Shown one piece after another: positions 14,101 to 25,365 of a stretch of DNA of 64,000 bases (its first letter is position 1; each line of letters starts with the position of its first letter). Location: positions 22,196,001-22,260,000 of the forward strand of contig OZ024747.1 of assembly GCA_964016885.1 (NCBI GenBank), read 5' to 3'. The stretch comes from Eledone cirrhosa (Eukaryota). Both the position numbers and the translations under genes were made by a program. Below the pieces are notes generated by a model. It had not been told where the DNA came from. It was given only the letters and a program-made list of their open reading frames with translations, and did no database searches.

Positions 14101-15325
14101 TTTTTGAAGTTAGTGTTACAGATAGTTAGGTTATTTGCATCACAGAATTCCAGGGTTCTGGAGCCTTCCTCATTTCTAGTACCAAACCCATAGCCCCCGT
14201 GGATTCCGTCATAGCCGTCACAATGTTGACCAACGTGGCCATTTAGGTCGCCAGCAATAATTATATAGTCACTGTCGGTTATTTGGGAGGTAGTGAGCAT
14301 CAGTGTCTCATAGAAACTGTCTTTTATAGCGCCAGGCAGTCCAGATTGGGGCGCGTATGCCGATATTACTGTCACAGTAGTTCTATTTAGAACAAGTCTT
14401 ATTTTAATTATTCTGTCATTTACTCTATTTACATCTATTATCTTATGCACCCATTTTTCTGCTAACATGATTCCTACCCCACCTATCCCATTGTCATTTC
14501 CCACCCAGAAGAGCTTATAGCAACGTTTGTTACCCACAATGAATCTAGCAGACCCGCCCCTCCACCTGGTCTCTTGGATACAGCAAACATCAACCTCCTT
14601 ATGTTCAAGCATTTCTACAACCTCGTTAGAGCGGCCTTTTAAGGTGCCTACATTTATGGTACCAACTCTGAAGTTTTGGATTGTGTTTGGAGGATGGGGC
14701 GCAGGGATGGATGAGGGGGTTGGGGTTATGTTGGCCATCCGCGGCCGAAACAAAGAGGAGGGGGACTTGCCCTTTCGTCCGGCAGCATGAGGTGAATTTG
14801 TCGTTATCTTTGGCATTGTCATCGAGTGTCCAGATTCTTCAGACTCTCCAGAAATTCCTTAGTCCATCCATCATATCGAAAAGCAGCCAGAAGTGATAGC
14901 ATAGGCTGTTGACTTGTGATTGGTCCAAATAATAAGGTGGAGGGTGGGGTAGTTAAAAATATAGTTAAAAATACAAGAAGATTATTTAGAAACAACCAGA
15001 CAGAATTATAGAATAGAATAAATATGAATGAATGAACCGATAGGCTGGAGAGAGATCAGAAAAATGGCATTTACATTATAATTCGCAGGAACGAGGTCTC
15101 ACCATTTTTGAGCGTTGACAAATTCTGGGATTCTTACCTCGTTACAGGTTTATTTATATTTGGAGAGAGAAGGGAGTGATTGAAGGGGGAGGGGTGAACT
15201 AGCCAGCGTGTAGCACGCTATAGTGGGGACGGCGGGTAAAGGATAAGAGGCCATTTTATCAACCCTAGCATTTTTTTTCGGCCAAAAGTGGGGTAGTTAA
15301 AAATATAGTTAAAAATACAAGAAGA

Positions 15326-15332
<7 letters not shown>
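11183..15332 (-). mobile_element. Near full-length RTE-clade LINE (APE endonuclease + RT with PHD finger), frameshifted
   Basis: ORF 14022-14822 has APE motifs (GTINVGTL, CIQETRW, SAYAPQ, AGDLNGHVG). 12698-14086 and 11670-12629 have RT motifs (QFGF, FVDLEKAFD, YADD, FRYLG, RLRWYGHV). Two frameshifts and an in-frame deletion relative to the sister copy; 3' end is ...ggacgttaaac(gat)n. Confidence 0.93.
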
Positions 15333-15367
<35 letters not shown>

Positions 15368-15571
15368 CTTCCAATCAGATCACTTAATCATTTTTATTGG
15401 CAACAATTATGTTGCTTTGCGACTCTTTCACTACTGTTGAGATATTTTTATCTTTTCACAATATGCCTTCTGATATCAATCTGTATATCTTTAGTGAGTG
15501 TGTGAGAGAGAGATATGACATACACAGATTATGGCAATAAGATTGGGAAGAACCACAAATCAAGGTAGTAT

Positions 15572-15719
15572 ATTGAAGGGGTAGAATTTCAACAGTGAAC
15601 CCAGCTGTTTCAACTTGCTTCCACGAATATTTTCAAGGGTAATGACCATTACCCTTGAAAATACTTGTGGAAACAAATTGAAAAGCCTAGGTTCACCATT
15701 GGGATTCTGTCTCTTCAAT
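15572..15719. repeat. Imperfect 74-bp-arm palindrome
   Basis: Centre ttcaagggtaatg-ac-cattacccttgaa; arms pair out to attgaag/cttcaat. Confidence 0.8.
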
Positions 15720-16770
15720 GTGTGTGTGTGTTTGGTTTAGAATAGGTACATCATATTGCTGCATGTCATAAGAAGTGACTAAAAGAGTTGGTGTCAGTAA
15801 AGACATCCGACTGTAAAACATTGCCTCAAATTTAAAATGGTTAGTTTTGTTTCATAAAACCAGAGGCTGTTTTGGGAGAAATGGTATCAAAAGGGTTTAA
15901 CCTTTGGATTTATTATAAAGAATCTGGCAGTATTAGAAATCTAGTGTTGCTATATTTTTAATATTGCCTTCATACAAAGGAGACTTACTTGTTTTCTTTG
16001 CTATTGCAAAATTTGATTCATCCATATGCCTGCAGATTTTTAACAGATTATTCTTTCATTTTTTTTTTCTTCTACTTTTACTATTGCTATAGCTTATCTA
16101 TTAGTAGAATGGAATTCTGCTTCAGTTTTTAGCAACTATAATCAGTTAAAGAGCTGTTGCTGCATATGCAGTAGATATACTAACGTTTCATGTGTTGTGT
16201 TGTCTGTTTCCCTTGAGTATCTTAACCTGGTTCTTGATAGTAAGCACGATTACAATATATTATATTTATGCATTGTTAACTTCAAAGCTGCTGTTTGTTT
16301 GTATTTCAGTCTGTCTTTTAAGCTGTTATTGTACAAATATTGAGGTGGTAGAGTTATTAGAACATTGGATAGAATCCTTTGCATATTCATTCTGGCTCTC
16401 AGTTCAAATTCCACCATGCTCAACTTTGCCTTTCACCTTTTTGAGGTTGATAAAAAAATGTGCCAGTCAAGTACTGGGGTCAATTCTCCCTTTATAGCTC
16501 TTTCAAACCACTTTGATTTCCTCTCCCTTCTATGGAAAAAATTGGCCTTCTTCAAACCCGGGGAGGAGATGGGCTCCACTAGGTTTAAACTATATCATGT
16601 TGGTGCCCCTATAACTCCATAATCCATATAAAGGAGTAGAAAGAATGGAATCAATGGCCTTGTTGTAAAAACTTTTTTTTATGGCACTTAATTCTAAATC
16701 TTGGTGGATTTGATAAAAATCAGTAGAAGATACTTAGTTTCTTTCTTTTGTTGGTTTTGTGATTCATTAA

Positions 16771-16985
16771 CACTTTAGTATTTACATTACTCTATATATA
16801 CCATTGTATTTCTGTGGTAAAGACTTTATCTTACATAATTATCTCACACATTATCGAATCTATGAGATTTTCATGTTATTTATTTTGAGAACAATATCTT
16901 AACATAAGTATGAGCAGACAATTACAACCAGTTTGGATACAGGTGAGAAGTTTGGCTGGATATGGCCAGATTAAATGCTAAAGGG
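16771..16985. mobile_element. piggyBac-like MITE family A
   Basis: Homologous to 25154-25365 and TTAA-flanked. Confidence 0.7.
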
Positions 16986-19954
16986 TTAAAACAAATTATT
17001 TTAAGAATTCTTTTACTTTGTTTTTTGCTTTGTTTGTTTGGTGTTGTTGTTTTTTAGTTAAAGCATGAAGTTTCTTCTCTTGTATTCTTTCATTTTAATA
17101 ATGTAATATTTATTGATTTATTTATGTAACTTTAAATTAAAAGAGGTTTTTTTGTGGTGAATTTATTTCAATTCTAAACCCAGCTTACATGGGACAATTT
17201 GTTAAATTTAGTCAAATAACTTATTCATTACTGCTAAGAATATTTTGCAAAAATTGTATGATTCTAACCTTACTGAATTATCATAAAGAATTCTCCTAAA
17301 TGTCTGAAAATGTCCATATTTTTTTATACACCATTAAATCTATGTTATCTTGGAAAATTGAATATGAAATGAAAAAGAAGACATGTGCATATAATACATA
17401 CACACTCATGCATGTTGATATGACATATGCACATTCACTGAGATATATCTATATGCATTCTTTCTAATGCATGTGAGTATATGTACATGTGTAAATATGC
17501 ATGCAATGCCATGAATGTAAACACCTGCTTACACTCCCAAATGTGCATATCTAGATTCATACATACGTGATCTTACATAAACACTAATGATCACTTTAGT
17601 GAATATGTTGCCAACTATCTGCAGCCTCAGTACTCTGTTACATGACACACACACACACACACACACACACATGATAATCAAATCTTTTTTAACATGGCAA
17701 GACAAAATTACTACACATATAGCTTACCAGACATCATACTCTGTCTCTTGTCGCCATTGCTCTGCCTCTCTCTTACATCTTGTCAAACTAAACACTTCAC
17801 CCAGTTGTTCTTCTCAGGATATGGATATGCGTTATCTGAAATTCTCTCCATGCCCACATTTTTCCTACAGAAGTTTCAGCTGAACATCAATTCCCCCAGT
17901 GTAGGAGGGCTTACAATGATCATGATCACTGCCCCATTCCTGTCACTGAGTAATAAAAACTAATTTTAAAAGTAGGTTGCTCTCAAGCATTATTTATATC
18001 TATATATCCTGTTCTTTCAGGGGAACAGAGATGAGAGACTCTTGAGTTATAGTTTTTGTCAAATGATATATAAATAATGAAATGACTAAGCAGATATGTG
18101 TTCATATCCCATTGTCATCACCATCGCCATTTTATGTCTATTTTCCATGGTTGCATGGGTTAGACAAGTTGTCATGCTCTAAGGCTAGACAGGCAGATCA
18201 GATGACTGCACTTCACTCATACATTCCATTTTGACATGGTTTCTACTGCAGGATGCCCTTCCTTATGCCAACCACTCCACAGTGTGTACTGGATCTATTT
18301 TTATGTGGCACCACCACTATCACCTGACAGGGTGAACTGTGTAATTTTTTATTCATGACACCAGCACTAGTAGCTGTTTAAATTTGTCTCTCGAAATATG
18401 ACACTTAATTCCACATGCTTCTGTTGGCGACCTATTGCCGGGCACTTTTGGGTAAAATTGCCTGTAATAGACTAACACCCTAGTCTTGATAAATACTTGT
18501 TACATTTCCTTAACACTACAGAAACTGGAGTGGATCCTTGTGAAAGACTAAGCTAAAGTAATAAAATGAAGTATAACTCTCCCCTTTTTTTTAATCCCCC
18601 CATCTTTTTCTCTCTTCTACTCACATGAGGTGTTGTTTCCCATTGAATAAGTATTCTGAAACTCACCACATTAGTTAGTGATGGTCAGATCATTGGTCAG
18701 TGTTTTCTATGACTCAGTGGTATGTCAAGTAAATAACACAGCCAGCCAAATGTTGGCATGATAATTTAGTCTGACTAGTTAAACCCTAAACACGATCATT
18801 TTAATTTACTTCCTCCTATTGTTAAAAAAACAATAGGCAGTACACAGATTCTGCAAGCTTTAGTCACCGACTTTTACAAAGAATTTCATTGGTATCAAAA
18901 CACTTTGAATAACACACGCACACAAACACACATATTGTGTATTTAATCTTTTAAGTTACCACTTGGTCTTCATACTATTTTTATATTCGACTTTTTGTTC
19001 ATATATTTAATTATTGTGTTTTTCTATGAATTAATTAGTATCTTCTCAGTTGAACTGAAAGACAGAATCTAAAGCCTCCTCTTTGCCTCCCCATTTATAA
19101 TTAAGAATTGAAATATTTAGAACATTATTGGAAAAATGTTCTGTGGAATTTAATCATGAAGTTTCTTTCAAACCAGATGAGATATTTCATATCATCATCA
19201 TTATTATTTAACATCTGTTTTTCCACTGCTAGCAAGGCTTGATTGGGTTAGTTAAAATGAGATTTTAGTTTGGTGGCTTAAAGAGATAGTAAAGCAATAT
19301 AGACAGATTTTACAGGCAACATCAACTGGCAGGTGACCCAGAGTTATACCATAAGCAAGATGGTTGGATAATGTCCACGTGCTTGATTAGTCTCACTTGG
19401 GGATCCAGTCGGATCAATTGGAGACAGTTGCTTCTGATAGGACCTACTGGAAGGCATGTTTGAAACTCTGCTCCCTCATGACCATCCCAGGAATAAGTGG
19501 GTGAAGAAGATAATGAAAAAAATTATTGCTCAGTCAGTGAAGGAAAAGCAGTACACATGACCATTTGTATAGTTTCCAAGACTATACAATGGACTCTTCT
19601 AAAGGTACCCAAGACATGATAGTTGTCAGCATGGAACCAGATAACAAATTAGTTCTACCACTCAAGAACCAAGTTCAGTCCATCTGATGGGCTTCCACAC
19701 AGTCTCTGTCTACCCAGTTTTACTCAAGTATATGGTAGCTGATCCTTGCCTAAATTATGTTGCAGTGGAATTAACCCTTTTTATAACAAACCTGTTAAAA
19801 CCAGCTCTCATCCTATGAAACAGAGCTAATTCTGTTAAACGGTTGCTTATAAAAATCTTTCAACATAATTTTATATAAGAACCATTTGTTATGTTATTAC
19901 CTTAGTAATGAAATAAATAATAATTTTACTAAATCCCTAAAAATTGTCCATTAA

Positions 19955-20175
19955 CCCTTTAGCATTTATATTACTCTATACATACTATTATCTTTTCTCA
20001 GTAAAGGCTTTACTTCACATAATTATCTCACATAATATTGAATCTATGAGATTTTGATATTATTTATTTTGGGAACAATACCTTAACATCAGTGTGAGCG
20101 GCCAGTTACAGCTGGTTTGAACAGAATGAGGTGAGAAAATTCTGGCCAGATATCGCTGGTTTAAATACTAAAGGA
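19955..20175. mobile_element. piggyBac-like MITE family A
   Basis: Homologous to 25154-25365 and TTAA-flanked. Confidence 0.72.
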
Positions 20176-21000
20176 TTAATCAACTGAAATATGGTAATAA
20201 AAATGTTAAACCCAGAACTTTTAGATGCTGAAGTAACCTGGAATATGACAGAGCTTAAAATTTATAACAAACAATACAATGGCTAAATTACTACAACTCT
20301 TATTTGACAGCATTTAATCAGATCTAACCCAGTAAGACAGCTGGCTAACAGATGGGTAAACGTCATCATCTGTTGGTTCACATTTTAGTACGTATATCAG
20401 CAACAACAGTATATAGTAGTAGGTGTATACTAGACATTTTAAAGTGAATCTAGGTTAATGTTTAGAAAGAGTTTGATCTTACTTTTGATAACAACCTGCC
20501 TGAAATTTCCCTTGGTTTTGATTCAAAACTCTCCCTTTAAAATGTTCATATTTAAATAAAACCCTTCCATCATTATTACATCTCGTGTAAGAATATTTGT
20601 TATGTTCTAAATACCAGCTTAATAATGAGAAAGTTAATTATATCTCTAAATTGTTCCAAATTCTTAATTATTTTCAAAATTATTTGAAGATCATAGGCAG
20701 CATTTTTAATTATAAATGTGGTAACAAAAGGGTTAAACTGTACTTTGCTGCCAACTAACAAGCATCTCAACATAATATAATAACTGTAATGAAGAACTGA
20801 GGAACATCAATTCTGAAAATATTAAAACAAAATCTATTCATTGCAGAATGGAATGTTCTACAGTGTCACAGCAATCCCTGTATTTCAGCAGCTACATGCT
20901 TATATATAACTTTATAAATAGCTCTCTCTCTCTCTTTCTCATCATACTTTTTCCTTTCTTTTCAACAATTTGTAACACACACACTGTGCGTGTGTGTATA

Positions 21001-21035
<35 letters not shown>

Positions 21036-21167
21036 TTTTATTAAGGCTAAATAGTGAGTCTTATCTGGAGTCTTATCTGGAGTCTTGCCTGTTTATAACA
21101 GGGTCATCTGATGACCCTGTTATAAAATGTCTTTTCTCTCAACCACATAAGGGCTGGAACAGGTAAA

Positions 21168-21213
<46 letters not shown>

Positions 21214-21217
<4 letters not shown>

Positions 21218-21404
21218 AAAGGTGTGGTAAAATACTAGGTGGACCATAACCCACCAGAGTACTCAATACTTGAGGTAGTAGAGTGGGTAATATGAAAAGA
21301 TTCAGGACCCCCAACGGCTGAGCCCGGCTGTTTCGACAGCTAGATCCAAACTCAGTTTGGATCTGTCGAAACGGCCGGAGCTCAGCCGTTGGGGTCTTGA
21401 ATCT

Positions 21405-21412
<8 letters not shown>
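21214..21412. mobile_element. Unclassified interspersed repeat with a terminal fold-back (21290-21412), embedded in (TA)n
   Basis: 21214-21340 is homologous in reverse to 2880-3007 and to ~49830-49930; inverted partial duplication centred near 21353. Confidence 0.7.
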
Positions 21413-21439
<27 letters not shown>

Positions 21440-21566
21440 TGTAGGAGGTGAGTTTTATTGTAGTACAATAAAGCAATGCAGATATCGGATAAGAAGCACT
21501 CTACAGTTTGTAGGACTGGAGTATATATAATATAAGATCAAAAGATGGTTAAAAGAGTTCCATGTA

Positions 21567-21633
21567 TTTTATTATGCGCATTTCAAAAACAAATATCATC
21601 ATGCAATAATATTTGTGTTTTCATCAGATAAAA
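21567..21633 (-). ncRNA. Mirror copy of the hammerhead ribozyme on the minus strand
   Basis: Reverse complement of 21771-21837, in the left arm of the palindrome. Confidence 0.72.
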
Positions 21634-21770
21634 CAGGAGGACATGATATGAAGGTTAAAAAACACTTGTGGATAGTGCAGTTTTAAATCAACATATGTTG
21701 ATTTAAAACTGAACTATTTAAAACTGCACTATTCACAAGTGTTTTTTAATCTTCATATCATGTCCTCCTG

Positions 21771-21837
21771 TTTTATCTGATGAAAACACAAATATTATTG
21801 CATGATGATATTTGTTTTTGAAATGCGCATAATAAAA
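21771..21837 (+). ncRNA. Minimal type-I hammerhead ribozyme (Penelope-like-element type)
   Basis: Stem I TTTTAT/ATAAAA; core CTGATGA (21777-21783); ~16-bp stem II; GAAA (21820-21823); stem III T-[GCGC]-A; UA cleavage site after 21831. Confidence 0.75.
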
Positions 21838-21962
21838 TACATGGAACTCTTTTAACCATCTTTTGTTCTTTGACTATATATATATATATATATAATATAT
21901 GTCAAATTACTCATTATATTTCCTTTATTCTAAAATATATCTTTAATTTTATTTTTCTGCAG

Positions 21963-22052
21963 GCTTCTCGGAGGATTGGTGAGCTATTTGATGACCTTAA
22001 AGATGGGCACAATTTGATTTCTCTCTTAGAAGTTCTTTCTCATGAAACACTG
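21963..22052 (+). CDS. Spectraplakin (dystonin/MACF1/plectin/shot-like) exon, CH1 part 1: ASRRIGELFDDLKDGHNLISLLEVLSHETL
   Basis: ttttctgcag acceptor and gtgagt donor; 90 nt, phase 0/0. DLxDGHNLISLLEVLS is the plakin/spectraplakin CH1 signature. Confidence 0.95.
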
Positions 22053-22074
22053 GTGAGTCTAAATTGTATTCAAA

Positions 22075-22940
22075 TTTGTGGAAAAGATTATCTCCTTAAT
22101 TATGGGAAATATTCTCTTTAGTTATGGAAAAGATCTCCTTAGTTGTGGGGGAGATTATCTCTTTAATTGTGGGAAAGATCATCTCCTTGTGGGAAAGATC
22201 GTCTCCTTGTGGGAAAAATTCTCATTTTTGGGGGAAATTATCTCATAGTGGGAAAGATCGTCTCCTTGTGGGAGAGATGATCTCCTTGTGGGAGAGATGA
22301 TCTCCTTGTGGGAGAGATGATCTCCTTGTGGGAGAGATGATCTCTTTAATTGTGGGAAAGATCGTCTCCTTGTGGGAGAGATGATCTCCTTGTTGGAAAG
22401 ATTGTCTCCTTAATTGTGGGAAAGATCGTCTCCTTGTGGGAGAGATGATCTCCTTGTGGGAGAGATGATCTCCTTGTGGGAGAGATGATCTCCTTGTGGG
22501 AGAGATGATCTCCTTGTGGGAGAGATGATCTCCTTGTGGGAGAGATGATCTCCTTGTGGGAGAGATGATCTCTTTAATTGTGGGAAAGATCGTCTCCTTG
22601 TGGGAGAGATGATCTCCTTGTAGGAGAGATGATCTCCTTGTAGGAGAGATGATCTCCTTGTGGAAAAGATCGTCTCCTTGTGGGTGAGATGATCTCCTTG
22701 TGGGAGAGATGATCTCCTTGTGGGAGAGATGATCTCCTTGTGGGAGAGATTGTCTCCTTAATTGTGGGAAAGATCGTCTCCTTGTGGGAGAGATGATCTC
22801 CTTGTGGGAGAGATGATCTCCTTGTGGGAGAGATGATCTCCTTAATTGTGGGAAAGATCGTCTCCTTGTGGGTGAGATGATCTCCTTGTGGGAGAGATGA
22901 TCTCCTTGTGGGAAAGATCGTCTCCTTAATTGTGGGAAAC
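22075..22940. repeat. 20-bp minisatellite (gtgggagagatgatctcctt)
   Basis: About 40 units starting just after the exon donor at 22053. Confidence 0.95.
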
Positions 22941-23344
22941 ATTTCTTTAATTTAATCTTTCAGATATTTAATAGACAGATTTCTTACTAAAGTTATAATT
23001 GATGTTGTTTAAGCCTAGGCCAGCACTGATCAAGTAGATCTGGGATCAAAGGCATCCCAGTTGCGACCATATCGAATCTTACTAAATCAAGAACATCATC
23101 ATCCAATTGTCTCCTAACAGTTTTTGAGGTAGTAGGATGTGATCTGAGGAATATTTGACTGTTATTTTTAGCTGGAAGAGCAACTATCTTGAGGCTCCTT
23201 TGTAAGTGAATGTATGTGGAGAGGGAGTAACTTAGCAACAGTAAGCTAGATAATATAATATGATAATTAAGCATAAATAGTTCATTTGGCCTGTTCTCTT
23301 TAACATGTTCAACCAGTCTACTTCCTCTATCATTGAAGAACAAT

Positions 23345-23777
23345 AATAATAGTTTCTACTTTTGGCACAAGACCAGCAATTATCTCAGTACATTACCGGT
23401 ACTTTATTTTATCGATCCCATAAGGATCAAGGCCAGCAATTTGGGGGGGGGGGGGGAAGTCGCTTAAATTGACCCACTGGTGCTATATTTTAACCCCGGC
23501 AGGATTTGAACTCAGAACGTAAAGAGCCATAACTCTGTGCTGCAAAGCATAGTGTCTGACGCTCTACCGAATCTGCCAATCCACTAATAATAATTGTTTC
23601 TACTTTTGGCACAAGGCTAGCAATTACCCCAGTGCATTACTGGTGCTTTATTTTATCGACCCCGTAAGGATGAAAAGCGAAGTTAACCTCGGTGGGATTT
23701 GAACTCAGACTGTAAAGGGGCGTAACTCTATGCTGCAAAACATGGCGTCTGACCCTCTACCAATACTGCCAATCCAT
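23345..23777 (-). mobile_element. Two tandem SINE family 1 copies
   Basis: Two reverse-complement copies, each starting taataat..gtttctacttttggcacaag. Confidence 0.82.
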
Positions 23778-24992
23778 AATAATGCTAAAAGATTATGCTG
23801 TTTCTTCAGTGATCGTGTGCAGCTAATGTTTAAGGTGTTTAAAATGGTTATACTGCCCTGATTGGTCAGTTCAATGTATGCACATGTGCAGTGCAGTAAG
23901 TAGAAGATAAGATAATTCCTTAATTTGCCTTATCCACTTTTTAAAAATCCAAAATTAAAGACCTACATGTGCAGTGTGTAGAACCTGTAGCTAAGAATAG
24001 ACTGCAATATGTCATATTTGGAAGGGGGAGAGAAAGCTATATAGGCTCTTTAGCTATAGACTAATTAATTAGCTACCTCGTTCTGCAAATCTACTCAAAA
24101 TGAGCTGAACAAGACTATTTAATCTAATCATCATTGTTTTTCGTCCATTTTCTCTACTAGCAAAGGTTAGATGATCCTTCTAATGGGCCAGAGACCCATT
24201 TATAAATAGAACTAGTAGGATAGTCAGTGAATTGGTAGGGCTGTTAGAATATCGGATAGAATGCATTGCAGTATTAATTCGGGTTCTCTGTGCTCTGAGT
24301 TCAAATCCCAGCAAGGTCAACTTTGCCTTTCATTCTTTTGAGATTGATAAAAAAAAAAAGGCACCTGTCCAGTGCTGGGATCAGTTCTTCCTCTGTATCT
24401 CTTTCTCATTTCTTCTCAATCATATGCTCTCTCCGTCTCTGGAAGAAATTAGCTGTGTTCAAACCTGGAAAAAGGATGGGCTCCACCTGGTTTAAAATGC
24501 TCAGGGAACACTGTAGGTCCCTACAGTGTTCCATTGACCCCCCCCCCTCACCAGGAGTTACACGTCTATGCATACATACAAAACTAGTAGGAGGGGAATG
24601 GCTAAGATATTACAACACCCTCTACTGTTTAGTTTAATTGTTCTCTCTGGTGCTCTATAAATACCATTATTCTACAGAGATCACCTAATCCAACTGTATT
24701 CCTTCTTTACACTGGTTTTGTGTTTCAAATTAAATCAATTTGCAATAATGAATTTTTATATCACAGATATAGTGACTTTTCCTTTCTTTTTACCAGTAAT
24801 ATAGTCTATTAGAATCAATTGTGCCTACCATCGCTTTTGAAAAATTTATTTCATAACCAAAACAGACAATTTTACTAAATTTTATATTTTTTGAGTTGTC
24901 TCCCTTTTTTATTTCTAACTAATTCACTTCCATTAAGAAGAAAAATAAATATATATATGATGTTAAATATAAGTATTTATTGTTTCCAACAG

Positions 24993-25070
24993 CCGAGAGA
25001 AAGAGGACACATGCGTTTTCACAAAATGCAAAATGTTCAGATATCACTGGATTTTTTACGGTACAAAGGG
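24993..25070 (+). CDS. Spectraplakin exon, CH1 part 2: PRERGHMRFHKMQNVQISLDFLRYKG
   Basis: tttccaacag acceptor and gtgagt donor; 78 nt, phase 0/0. Matches the PRE(K/R)GxMRFHxxQNVQIxLD motif of plectin/dystonin/shot. Confidence 0.95.
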
Positions 25071-25153
25071 GTGAGTTTTCAAATAAATTTTTTTATGTAA
25101 TCGAACAAACTTTGCATTACTTGATTTGTTTTTTAATAATTTCTTTAACTTAA

Positions 25154-25365
25154 CCCTTTAGCATTTTATATTACTATATATATACTATGTTATTTTCGCA
25201 GTAAAGGCTTTATTTTACATAATTATATCACATAATATCGAATCTCTGAGATTTTGATATTATTTATTTTGAGAACAATACCTTAACATCAGTATGAGTG
25301 GCAAGTTTGAACAGAAAGAAGTGAGAGAATTCTGGCTGGATGTGGCCGGTTTAAATGTTAAAGGG
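25154..25365. mobile_element. piggyBac-like MITE family A
   Basis: TTAA on both sides; TIRs ccctttagcattt / aaatgttaaaggg. Confidence 0.75.

Larger units (their letters stand above)
21534..21870. repeat. Near-perfect palindrome (161-nt arm, no spacer), probable inverted Penelope pseudo-LTR relic
   Basis: Centre catatg at 21694/21695; right arm carries a 15-nt duplication; flanked by (TA)n. Confidence 0.9.

Noticed and set aside
11950-14896. Plus-strand ORFs overlapping the RTE (and minus-strand ORFs at 28027-30226 and 59499-61491)
   Set aside because: Antisense shadows of the LINE coding frames with no independent motifs.
15180-15290. Possible HDV-like ribozyme at the RTE 5' end (hairpin agcgtg-cta-cacgct followed by ggctag on the minus strand)
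   Set aside because: I could not assemble P1, P1.1 and P3 of the nested double pseudoknot by eye; it needs a descriptor search on the family consensus.
1-21962. Expected preceding exon encoding the QKKTFTKWVN motif of CH1
   Set aside because: Not found by eye; presumably upstream of the window.
22075-22940. Regular repeats that might suggest a CRISPR array (also 57155-57965)
   Set aside because: No unique spacers, no cas genes, and a eukaryotic intron context.
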